Source of the DNA: Eutreptiella sp. 'Long Island Sound 2002' | Lineage: Eukaryota; Protista; Euglenida | Length of the DNA stretch: 64,000 nt | Direction of reading: 5' to 3' | Assembly: GCA_964036045.1 (NCBI GenBank) | Contig: OZ038378.1 | Span: 167,462,001 to 167,526,000, forward strand | Part shown: positions 39,629 to 50,170 of the stretch, one piece after another | Numbering within the stretch: position 1 is the stretch's first letter | How the letters are laid out: each line of letters starts with the position of its first letter | Translations under genes and position numbers: made by a program | Notes under the pieces: model-generated | What the model was told of the DNA's origin: nothing | The model's database searches: none | Seen by the model: only the letters and a program-made list of their open reading frames with translations

Positions 39629-39934
39629 CCCTAACCCTAGCCCTAGCCCTAGCCCTGCCCCTAGCTCTCACCCGAGGCTCGGGTTAGAGTGAGTGTTGGG
39701 GTCCAAAATGGAGAGCAATGATGCCCCCCCCCCCCCCCCCCCCCCAACCCACCACCAGATGATGATGAGAAGGTCATCAACGTACAGCATATCCCTTCGA
39801 ACACAAGAACCGTTGCAGTTTGAATGATGATTGCGCCAACCCACCACCCCAAATCGCCCCACACCCCCCAGCCGACCCTCCCAACCGCCCCCCCCCCCCC
39901 CCCCCATCGCCCCTCCCTGAACCCCCCCCTCCAA

Positions 39935-39970
<36 letters not shown>

Positions 39971-41562
39971 GGCCTTCGGCCCACTTCTACTGGGGGGGGG
40001 GGGGGGGGGTCGCGTATAAAAGCGAGGAGACGTCCCCCCCGTGGTGACCATGTGACGTTCCACATTGGTCCAGGAGAAGTAAATGTGCCCTACTGCGGGT
40101 TTTGTGGGAATACAGGGACATGTACATATAAGACGCACGCTGTCTGGGCCCAAAGGAGGGAAAACCAATTTAAACTTGCTTAAGTCCAAAATCCGACAGG
40201 CCAACTCATTGCAATGGCAGCATTTGCTTTGTTAAATTCACATTTTCACATCCTATGTGCAAGACAACCTGCACATGTTCTATGCAATTCTTGGACAACC
40301 CCACCCACCCAGACAGTCTCTATGGGAAGCGCATGCCCCAGATTTGATTTCTAATTGTGCACATACCAGTACAGCCCACACATATCACACATGTCACACC
40401 AACACCAGCAGCAAGTGATGGGCCTAGCTGTGTAAGTGCTAGCGATTCTAAAGGGCCGCACTAGCTGTGCACAACACACACAGGCTGTATGTAGTCCTGG
40501 GATGCATGCCACACTGCATTGCCTAGGGCTGGAGGAGGGAAAGCTATAAGTTGGTGTATGGGCTGGGGCATGGAAAGTGCAAGAGGGAGGGCTATGCAGA
40601 TGATTGTTCCCATAATTGAATGAAAGCACCACAGCTCTTCATTTCTTTGCACTAGGATGAGGTCTTGTTGCATGCTCAGGGTCCATGCATTCACATCGCT
40701 TGATTGTGTAGAAAAATTCTTGTGCACGTCATCCAATTGCATATGACCATGCATATTGAAGCACCACTGCCAAGGATCAGAACATTGGCGCACCACCTTG
40801 TTATGTACTGCTTGCTTGCTTGCCAATAGCGTGTTAAACTTGCAAAACATACCATTGCTGCAACTGGCATGATGCACCTCATTGGAAGTTGTGGAGCCAG
40901 TGGTGCATTGCATGACTGAGATGAGTGCAAGGAGCTTGTGCATCAAGGTTGAGAAGCAGGTAACAGATGTAGGGTGTTCAACAGCAAGAACAAGGACAAG
41001 GATAGCAAGGACAAGGAATATACAGGGAAGGCAGCCTTTGTACGGAAAGTAGAGACTTCAGAAGAGACACACATCAGCCGCCCATAAGCCCTATGGATTG
41101 AATGTTTATCCTGAGCATAGCTGCTTCAACATGAAGCCAAAGAATTAGGTTGTTTATGTGTGTCTGCCATGTTTGTCATTGACATGTTCCTTGCACATGG
41201 AACGCAGAATATCACTTCGACTAGTGCAACAGTGATCAACACCCTATAACCATCATCCATCCCGTTCACCCCCCAATTTGGAATACACACTATGGACCTT
41301 CTTTCCCCCACACCACGTCCCCATAGGAACAGACCACTATGGCCAAATGAGTCCCCTCAATCCCTCAAGCTGAGCCGTCTCCACCCTTGTGGTTGCCTGC
41401 AGGCAGTGAGTATCTGGCAGTGGCTACCGCTTGTCACATAGCCATCACTAGCCTCTAGGCCTTGGGCCCTTGCAGCATGTACCATACCAACACCAATGCT
41501 CTGTACATGCCTGAATCACACCAATACTGTTGCAGTGGAAATGATGATTGTGCCCCTAATTT

Positions 41563-41587
41563 GGAAAGTTCGTGTTGCCACCGAGCC
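41563..41587 (+). repeat. Left copy of 25-bp target-site duplication GGAAAGTTCGTGTTGCCACCGAGCC
   Basis: Identical 25/25 to 51328-51352; directly precedes the SL relic. Confidence 0.9.
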
Positions 41588-41612
41588 TTTCTGAGTGTCT
41601 ATTTTTTTTTTG
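41587..41612 (+). other. Genomic relic of the euglenid spliced leader
   Basis: CTTTCTGAGTGTCTA(T)10G versus the euglenid SL as I recall it, ACTTTCTGAGTGTCTATTTTTTTTCG; followed by a 7-nt UTR and ATG rather than by the SL-RNA intron. Confidence 0.88.
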
Positions 41613-41619
41613 TCATCAC

Positions 41620-44600
41620 ATGAACTCCATCTTCGCGTTCCTATTCTTTTGGGTGCTCATTACCACGTGTGTTCCCGTCGATGATAGCGACAATCTAGTC
41701 CCACATACCCCCTTGGCTCGTGAAAAAGTGAACATTGCCACCGACATAACCGCTTCTTTGGTGTTGAGGCAAGACCACTTCATTCCATCCCAAGCACATA
41801 TAACAGTGCATGGAGGTGTTACCATCACATTGGCCCACGATGTCAGTCTCACGATTGAGGGCGCAGTACATTTTGCTGGGAATCTGCAAAACCCCATCAA
41901 CATTGTTGGAGAGGGTGCAAATGGAGCGCAAGGTGGAGTGGTCCTTGACAAAGCAGGATCCTGCGATTTGGAACATGTAACCATTCAACATATTGGACAA
42001 AAAACTGCGGCGTTTCAAGTTGTTGGGAAAGAGTCCTCGGTTAAGTTTCGGAACGTCACATTCACCAAAATACCCGGAGACGCTTTGGTCGTCCATGCTG
42101 GACAGCTGAAAGAGTTCGTCAACAACACCTTCAAAGACGTTGTCGGTGCATGCCTTCATCTTCATGGCGACCTGCACAACGTTCATGTCCGTGGGTCCAT
42201 GTTTGATAATTGCAGTGATCATGCATTGTCTGCAATCAGGTTGAGCAAATCGTTGTTTATCAGTGATACGACCTTCAAAAATAATGGGAAGTACACCATC
42301 AATTTGGAGACGCCCCCGTCTTTCGAAATCCGAAGTAACCGCTTCGTCAACAACCAAGGAGTCCTTTCTTGCAAGCGGCACGCAATTACGGCTGCAATTG
42401 TGGACCCGAAATTGAATGATTATGTCTTCGCTGAGAATGACCTGAATGGGAACGTGGTAGATTACTCTTCGGATCCTTGGTCTAGAGGCAACGTCATCTA
42501 CATCCATGGGTGCACAATGATCATTGCCAACAACACACTGAAGAAGATGGACCGTGGCCCGCATCTCCTCAAGTTTTCAAGTTCAAGCATGATCAATTTT
42601 TTCGATGCACACATTCATATGGAGAGGAACACAATCCTTGAGAACTGGGGTTTTCAATTCATTGTCAACGTGGGTGGGTCTTTGTCGAGAGTTGTCATCC
42701 TGCGAAATATCTTCGCCAATCGCAACATCACTAGTTCAACGCCTTCAACGCCCAACTATGAAGTGGTAAACGAAGCGATGGAGGCTGAAGTGGATGCACG
42801 CATGAATTGGTGGGGTTGCTCGCTTCCTGAGGACGTGGGAAAGCGCATCCTCGATTTTGTGGATGGAGGTGAGAAGTATGGAGTGATAGAATATTGGCCA
42901 TTCCTCACAGAGGCGAATATGAAACAAGAGGTCACGGATTTGGGGGATGATGTGGTGGAGAGCCCTGTTGACCAACCCGATTCACCAGCCAAACAGATCA
43001 ACAAAGGGGAGATCATTGGCCAAGATGAAGAATGGCATGGGGAGCGAATTCTAAATGGCAACGTGTGGATCAACAAGGGTGTGATTTTAACGCTGCGAGC
43101 AAAAACACACATCCGCATGGCCAGAGATACAAACATCCACGTGGATGGCACCCTCTCGTTCGAAGGTACTGAGCAAGAGCCTGTTCAGTTTTCCCCAATC
43201 GGAGGCTGTAAGGTTGAATCAATCCACAAAATGGACCACTGGGGGGACATCACTTTCTCTGCATCTTCTGGCCTAACTATCATCAAGAATGCGAATTTCT
43301 GTGGAGGAGGTGCTGCGCCTATGCTCAATGGCAAAATGCAACCTCTTACCACGGCGATGCTGAAGTTCGAGGGAGCCTCTGCATTCTTGACAAATGTTCG
43401 TGTAACTGGCAGTGCCAGCAGTGGCATAATCGCAACCGCTGGCAACTTGACGGTCATCAACAATGCTTTCTATCACAATCGGGGCAATGCAATTGTGCAC
43501 TCGGCCCCAGGGCCACTGACTGTCAACAGTTCGCTATTGAAAGACACCCGTTCGTTCACAATAGTGATCATTCAATCGGAGTACACGATTGCTGGGAATA
43601 CTTTCGGCCTCAACAATGGAATTTTGTGCGTGCACCATCAGAGATTGGAGTGGTTCAAGGAAATGATCGATTTGGCAGGACCCACCTCCCTCTTCATTAA
43701 CAACATGGTTACTGGGAATCAGCATGCCTTTGCGTCAGAATGCTGGGGAGATAATTCACAGGAGTTGCTGCTGATGGACTTGGCAGATAAGCGGGTCAAT
43801 ATAGAAGGCAATATGTTCTCAGACAACAAATGCGAATCACGAATGGTACGCCGGCAGTATGCCATGTACTTCTTGATCGCCAACAACGCTGCATCCTTCA
43901 GTGAGAACTACGTGAACTCCAATTACGGGTCGATTTCAATGGAGCGGAAGGAGACCAAAGTGGCCTCATGGGACCATGAGCCTCAGGTGTTCAGATTCGA
44001 ATCCAACCGCTTCACAGACAATCAGTTCTTGCAGATCTATCTCCGCATTCCCGGACGCAGGGCCCTTGTCGTGAACAACATTATCCGAGACAATGAAGTT
44101 ACTGATGTGAGCAAATTACAGGAGACCGCAATCCTTGAGATTGTGGGTGGCAGCTTCACGTTGAAGCCCATGATCCTCACCAAAAACCAAATTCTGGGGA
44201 ATGAAGGGACGCTGCTTGCAGTGCGTCTGCACGACAACACCAAGGCCCTAGGAAACTGGTTCTGCAATCCTGTGATCAAGTACGAGTTGGCATTCAAGAA
44301 CTTGGACCCCACACTGTTCACTGGCATCAACAACTACTGGGGGATGTTTGGTGAAGAAGATGAGCGTTTGGTGATGGCCCGTCTCAAGCCTGTGAACGGC
44401 CACGTGCCTCGCAGATGGTACATGCATTGGATCACAAGGACGGGGGATGCTGCGAACGTGAAGAGAACCACGCCGCCCATTCCGCCGCAGGACAAGCAGA
44501 CGGCAGTCACTGTGGTCTCGCTGGGGATGGCCATCATGTTTGTGCTGGCGATGTGCATCCTTGTGAGGCACTGCGCACAGGGGCCATTCTATGGACGAAT

Positions 44601-44976
44601 GGAGTTCAACTCTGATGTCACGATGCAGACCGTGAGCCAGATCATGTCGCCGGGAAAGGACGGCAAATTGAATAAGACCGGCACTGTCATCAGGCAGTAT
44701 GATAGTAGGTCACCCACTGGCCGTACAGACATACAGGGTGGCATTGATGCCACAACTGCGGACAGTCCCAACAGCTCTGGCACACCCCACTCCCGGCCAA
44801 GGCCTCAGTCACTGTCCTTGTCCACATCGGTGGCAAAAGGACGTATGGACTACAGAGAGGGTGGTGAGGGCAGTAGCCCTGAGCAGGGGATGGCAAGCCC
44901 CTGCTCAGGTAGCAGAGGAGCAGGGGATGGCAAGCCCCTTCGCAAGCCGCGCTCCCTTAAGCAGGCGGAAGATTGA
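41620..44976 (+). CDS. Intronless type-I membrane protein (1118 aa) with two right-handed parallel beta-helix (PbH1) modules; retrogene
   Basis: Signal peptide MNSIFAFLFFWVLITTC; many N-x-F-x-x-N rungs; module-end motifs ARMNWWG..RILD..IEYWPF and NNYWG; TM AVTVVSLGMAIMFVLAMCILV; Ser/Gly/Pro-rich tail. ATG 41620 is preferred over the track start 41572 because it follows the SL relic. Confidence 0.88.
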   Translation: MNSIFAFLFFWVLITTCVPVDDSDNLVPHTPLAREKVNIATDITASLVLRQDHFIPSQAHITVHGGVTITLAHDVSLTIEGAVHFAGNLQNPINIVGEGANGAQGGVVLDKAGSCDLEHVTIQHIGQKTAAFQVVGKESSVKFRNVTFTKIPGDALVVHAGQLKEFVNNTFKDVVGACLHLHGDLHNVHVRGSMFDNCSDHALSAIRLSKSLFISDTTFKNNGKYTINLETPPSFEIRSNRFVNNQGVLSCKRHAITAAIVDPKLNDYVFAENDLNGNVVDYSSDPWSRGNVIYIHGCTMIIANNTLKKMDRGPHLLKFSSSSMINFFDAHIHMERNTILENWGFQFIVNVGGSLSRVVILRNIFANRNITSSTPSTPNYEVVNEAMEAEVDARMNWWGCSLPEDVGKRILDFVDGGEKYGVIEYWPFLTEANMKQEVTDLGDDVVESPVDQPDSPAKQINKGEIIGQDEEWHGERILNGNVWINKGVILTLRAKTHIRMARDTNIHVDGTLSFEGTEQEPVQFSPIGGCKVESIHKMDHWGDITFSASSGLTIIKNANFCGGGAAPMLNGKMQPLTTAMLKFEGASAFLTNVRVTGSASSGIIATAGNLTVINNAFYHNRGNAIVHSAPGPLTVNSSLLKDTRSFTIVIIQSEYTIAGNTFGLNNGILCVHHQRLEWFKEMIDLAGPTSLFINNMVTGNQHAFASECWGDNSQELLLMDLADKRVNIEGNMFSDNKCESRMVRRQYAMYFLIANNAASFSENYVNSNYGSISMERKETKVASWDHEPQVFRFESNRFTDNQFLQIYLRIPGRRALVVNNIIRDNEVTDVSKLQETAILEIVGGSFTLKPMILTKNQILGNEGTLLAVRLHDNTKALGNWFCNPVIKYELAFKNLDPTLFTGINNYWGMFGEEDERLVMARLKPVNGHVPRRWYMHWITRTGDAANVKRTTPPIPPQDKQTAVTVVSLGMAIMFVLAMCILVRHCAQGPFYGRMEFNSDVTMQTVSQIMSPGKDGKLNKTGTVIRQYDSRSPTGRTDIQGGIDATTADSPNSSGTPHSRPRPQSLSLSTSVAKGRMDYREGGEGSSPEQGMASPCSGSRGAGDGKPLRKPRSLKQAED

Positions 44977-45750
44977 AGAGTCTTACGGCTGGCAAAACGC
45001 CTCGTTTCGTTTCACTTTTTTGCCTAATGAGGATTGCATACGGCTGTCAGTTTGCAGCCAATTGCTGTTGGTGGTACTCAACAGTGGCGGGAGGGTATAT
45101 ACTGGGGGCTGGCATCTCGTTTGGTGAGAACATGAGTTGGTGAGAACATCTACACCGAACATGCCCCTAGTGCGTCGAGGGTTTCAAGTGTCTGCATACT
45201 GCTGTGGTGTGGATGCGATTATACTGTTGTCAGTATGCGATTGTACTATTGTGAGTATGCATTTGTAGTCTTATAAGTATGCGATTGCAGTATGGTGATC
45301 GTAGCCGTTTTCCATCTTCCAATCTTCCTGTTTTCCGGCTTCTTTTGCACTGGAAGCTGAGCAATGAACTGACGACTCAATTTCCCAGCTCCAGCTTATT
45401 GATGGAATTTGGATGCAAATTGCGATACGTGCTTGCTTGAGATTTGGTGGCAACAGCACCTCCAGCACCCCTACTGACCAGGTTTCCTGTTTGCTGTACC
45501 TGTTTGACACAGCACATTTTTTTCACATGGCGTATCGTCACCGTATCAATATCAAAGATCAGGAACAGCACTTAACATATCCAGTCTAAATTGGGCCAAT
45601 TGCTGCTTTGCTGCTTTGGTGAGGTCCTGTCATATCCGGCAAACACCATCGGATAACAAAGGCCCCCATGGGTATCCAAATGTAGCATTTCTGGATAATT
45701 TTTGGAACGCCTCAAACCGGCCCAACTGGACAGCGCAAATGGACTAACAT

Positions 45751-45782
<32 letters not shown>

Positions 45783-46260
45783 GGTCTCTCCATTGCCAAG
45801 CGCTAGAGCAGGCTCGCCCATGGGGGCCCCTGCCAAGGGAAAGGGGCATACACACGTGGGACGCAGGGTGCGGTAGGGATGCACACCCTGTGCATAGCCT
45901 TGTTGTAGGGTGCAGTAGGGATGCACACCCTGTGCATAGCCTTGTTGTAGTGCAGAGAGGGAGGAAAGGCCGCGCGGAGCAAAGTCCAAACATTGCTGCA
46001 CTGCGAACAATGCTGTAGAGAGGCGATGTATGTCAGCGAACACTATGGAGTTTGTTGAAATGATTGGGCATCACACACACACACAATCAGGCACACACAC
46101 ACACATACACACAGACTCCCAGACTTGTAGTGCAAAGAGGGAGGAAAGGCTGCGCGGAGCGAAATCCGAACATTGCTGGAGTGCGAACAAAGCTGTAGAG
46201 AGGTTATGTATGATAGCGAACACTATGGAGCTTGTTGAAATGATTGACGCGCCACACACA
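45783..46260 (+). repeat. Dispersed repeat with an internal ~175-bp tandem duplication, preceded by (AC)n
   Basis: GCGCTAGAGCAGGCT..CCCTGCCAAGGGAAAGGGGCATACACACGTGGG..GAAATGATTG; direct copy at 49915-50170. Confidence 0.8.
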
Positions 46261-46264
46261 GACT

Positions 46265-48801
46265 CCCACTCAGGCCACAGATCAGCAGCGCTGGGACTAC
46301 CTCTCCGGCATGCCATACTGATGGCGGGGGCTTTCACAGAAGTTATGGAAGGAACCCAACCTGGAAATGGTGGCCTTGGCTCTCAGGGTTTCTGGATCCA
46401 GCGTCGGCGCCCGGGAATGATGGGTTTACAGGGGCATTTTACAAAGCGTTTTCATCCCGCTTCTCCCCAGCTTTGCTCGATATTATCAGGGAGGTGAGGG
46501 AAACGGGCATCTTGCCCGCATCATGGTGCGAAGGGATGACGCGGTGTGTTCCCAAAGAACACGGGAGCATTGCAGTGTCCAAGCAGCGGCCCATAACGCT
46601 GCTAACTTGTAAAATTAAATGGCTCACGGGAGTGCTGAAGGTGACGCTCAATGACCTTGTGTCCTTCGTAGTGCCTAAGTAGCAGGCGGGGTTTATTAAA
46701 GGCAGGCAGATGGACGATCACTTGTTCTTTGTACAAAAAATATGGAAGTCAGGGCGCCAGGGTGCCTGGCTGGGTATTGCTTTTGCGAAGGCCTTTGACT
46801 CCACGAGTCATGCCCTGCTGGGTTTTTTTTGGAATTCCTGGGCGTGCCAGAGACGTGGTGTGCGGCTCTAATTCACTTTCTCAAGGGACCACTGTGCTTT
46901 TTGGTGGGTAACCAACTTACAGAATCGGCCCTTCAACCCGGCACAGAGATCAAACAAGGGGACACATTGTCCCCGACGATTTTCTCCCTATTGACAGCGG
47001 TGCTAATTTGGAAGGTCTTGGTCGAGTTTCCGCAGGTCCAGTCATTTCTGTTTGCTGATGACACACTGTTTGTCATCCCCGGAACTCCCGGACAAGTGAG
47101 AACTGCCCTAGAATCCCTACTGCTGCTCTTGCAGCAGTATGGTGAGGTGTCAGGGTGTTGGTTGAACATGGACAAATGCGGAGTGGTCTTTCAAGGGCCC
47201 GGTGCTCCTCCACCAGGAACGATACTATATGGGGTGCAGGTAAGGTCCAAAGTGAAATATCCAGTACTTGGTTGGGGCACATGACAGTCCTCGACCAATA
47301 TTAGGGGCCACTGGCTAAGTTGGTAGTCAAAGCACAATTTTTGGCCTTTTTGCCACTCAAAGCGGAAGAGAAAATCCAGGCACTCTATACCTGGGTGTAC
47401 CCGGTGCTCAGGCACATTGCGGTTCTCTTTTTTCCCACCCAGCAAGTCATCCGGAAAGCCAATATGGCTATGCGCGTAGCGTTGGGTATTTGGAGCTAGG
47501 TGCTACCCACTACTCATTGGAAGTTGCCTCACAACCGAGGGGGATATGCGTTCAACTTTCTGCTATGGTGCCACTCAGCGGCATATGTCAGAGCGCTGAA
47601 AGCACTGGAAGGGGGGGAGTTTAGGGATTGGGTGCGTTGGAAGGCTCCGAAGCTCCGACTTGACCCGGTGCACCTCAGAAGCTTTTCCTGGTTCCGACAG
47701 CCGCAGGACCAGTGGCCGGTGGTGGTCACTTCCTCGGTGGCATATTCGGTGTTCACTCACATCTGCCTGGGAGCCTGCCGGGGCCTGTTACATATTCCAC
47801 TCTGGAACTCCGTCTTTTTTCATCAGCCTGTCAAGTCTAGGGTCCTTGAAAACCGTTTTCGTATTTTTTACTGTCCGGCCCTTGTGGCCCAGGGGTTTCA
47901 GAGAGTGGCAGATTGTGTAACGGACACGGGGTAATTAGATGCAGGGATCCTCCCGCGCATCCCACGGTCATATAGAACTTTGTACGCTCGACTGTTGTTG
48001 CAGTATATTGATGCGGCTCATGGGAGGGAACCACGGCCGCAATGGCCAGCACTCCCGCCGCTGCGAGTATGGAAGCAATCTGGGGTCTTGAAGGAATGTA
48101 GGCAGCACTTGCGGGTGGACGCACGCCAGCCAGGGTCGGTATGGGAATCACGGCTGACACAGACAACCCCCCTGAAGCTTTGCGAGTTTGTTGTAATGGC
48201 GCTGTGGCGCAAGCTTCCGGTCGCACAGCGACTAGCACAATTTTAGGTGATGGAGGGACAAGATTGTCCATTGTGTGGGGTAGCTGAGGATCATGATCAT
48301 GTCTTCAAGAAATGCTTCTTTCTCCAGGACCCTCTGGCCCTGATCCGTAGCCTCTGGGGGTTGCACGTTTGCGACAAAATCTGGTACGAGCCTTCGCGGC
48401 TCTGCAGAGACCACTCTTTGGTATCGGTCACCACCATCCAAGGGTGGCTAGTTTGGACGGCGGTATATGCGCGTTGGCTCATCCGCTGTGAGGCGATCAA
48501 CATTCTCCGTTTGGATATGGCCACGGCCGTACTACAACGCTTCTACGTGGCTCTGCTCAGCTGGAAATCTTTGCCACCGGGGACTCTGCCACAGGAGGTG
48601 ATCACAACTACCTGTGGCTGCCTAAAGGATATTTTGAAACTTCGAGACAGACTGCACGGGGTGGCTACACAAAAGGGGAATCGCTTCAGGCTTATTCCTC
48701 TCACCCCCCCCCCCCCCAAGAAGCAGGGGAAGAAACAACCAGACAGGCAGGGCACGAGCGAGGGCCCTGAGGACCGCCTGAAATTCCGCTTCCCTCGCTG
48801 A
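46265..48801 (+). mobile_element. 5'-truncated, decayed non-LTR retrotransposon (L1/Tx1-like) reverse transcriptase with C-terminal zinc finger
   Basis: SAPGNDGFTGAFYK, QRPITLL, QAGFIKGR, FAKAFDS, IKQGDTLSP, LFADD, then LWRKLPV..CPLCGVAEDHDHVFKKC; stops and frameshifts; no endonuclease or ORF1. A degenerate RNase H-like tail may extend to ~49430. Confidence 0.88.
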
Positions 48802-49744
48802 TAAGCCAAATCCTGCTATCACATGGAAGTCATGGGGGTGTGAGGTGCCAAAAGTCGCCCCACAGGCAGTGCCATGCTCGGATTCGGCGGTCGCCACCCA
48901 AACTCGCACACGGGAGACTCGAACACCCCCCTCCTCCCTCGCCTGGCATAGTCTCGCAGGATCTTACACTGTATGTGGTGTACACCTCTTAGTGCCAAAT
49001 TGATCTGCATATACGCCTTCATGCATGGGCCAAGGATAGCCGGCAACAAAGGGATGGCACTCCGATCTTGGGAAAGGCACCCTCGTGGCGTTATATGAGC
49101 ATCTAGAGGGCAGGGCCACACAAGTGTATTGGCGCCTATGGGGCACATCAACAGTCAACCGTAGATACAAGAATTGCAGGAGCTCCTATACGTCGGGTTG
49201 AGATTAGCACGCCCAACGGACCCCCCCCCCCCCCGGAGCGATAGGTTTTACAACGGCCGCCTGGTAGTGACGCCCAGGATCGCCTGGCGATCTAGGAAGG
49301 AATGGCATCTGTATTGCCGGAGTCCACAATATACTCTGTACTCTGTGACTTAGCCCCTATCCCCCGACATTGCCGTCTTTTGGTGACGAGGCGGATGATG
49401 CAAATATGGCTAGGCGCGGACCGCTAATCGCGGAGTCGGTGTCGGCTTCAACCCCCCCCCCCCCCCCCGGCCACCGCTAGTGGAACCAGTGAGATTCAAA
49501 GGGGCGGGGGAGCGAGTGCCAACGAGGAGACAATTATTCCTGTGAGCCATGCATAGAGGGAGGAGCATACCTGAAACGCATGTGACCCCACGCCACATTT
49601 CTTCAAACGGAATCGGGGGCAGCCGGCACGCCGCTGTGTAGCCCCTGCGGATCCTCCATGACACTGTACCGAAATAAAATGGAGCATAGGCACAACCCAG
49701 AAACTCTTACACTGGTGGTTATGAAGGTAGGTTTCTAACCACAT

Positions 49745-49816
49745 CGGGTAGTAGCATACCGGAAACACACTTGACAACCACGCCATAGATCTTGGGTTCG
49801 AATCCCGGAGCGGAGG
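49745..49816 (+). other. tRNA-like Pol III promoter (possible SINE head or pseudo-tRNA)
   Basis: A-box-like TAGCATACCGG (49752), perfect B-box GGTTCGAATCC in a T-arm-like stem, T-run at ~49834. Confidence 0.4.
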
Positions 49817-49914
49817 GCACGCTGCCGCCAGGGTTTTTTCTTTTGTAGGCGGAAACAGGCGCGTCTCAGCACAGAGCCGAACACCAACACGCATGCAACA
49901 CAGCAGCGTCACGT

Positions 49915-50170
49915 CGGTCTCTCTATCGCCGAGCGCTAGAGCAGGCTTGCCCATGGGGGCCCCTGCCAAGGGAAAGGGGCATACACACGTGGGAAGCAGG
50001 GTGCGGTAGGGATGCACACCCTGTACATAGCCTTGTTGTAATGCAAAGAGGGAGGAAAAGTGGCGCGGAGCGAAGTCCAGACATTGCTGCCGTGCAAACA
50101 ATGTTGTAGAGAGGTGATGTATGTTAGCGAACGCTACGGAGTTTGTTGAAATGATTGGGCCACACACAGA
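49915..50170 (+). repeat. Second direct copy of the 45783-46080 repeat
   Basis: High similarity by eye to 45783-46080. Confidence 0.8.

Noticed and set aside
39668-40204. Gly- and Pro-rich ORFs
   Set aside because: They arise from poly-C/poly-G runs in low-complexity repeat DNA.
41572-41619. Track start of the 1134-aa ORF
   Set aside because: It is a non-ATG codon inside the TSD, and the extension merely translates the TSD and SL relic; ATG 41620 begins a clean signal peptide.
41587-41640. SL RNA gene
   Set aside because: The SL is followed by a short UTR and a long ORF rather than the GT-initiated SL-RNA intron, and there is no tandem SL/5S array context.
45783-50170. LTR retrotransposon (direct repeats around an RT)
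   Set aside because: The RT is non-LTR type (PGxDG, QG..LSP, FADD, C-terminal zinc finger); there is no integrase or protease, and the repeats lack TG..CA ends.
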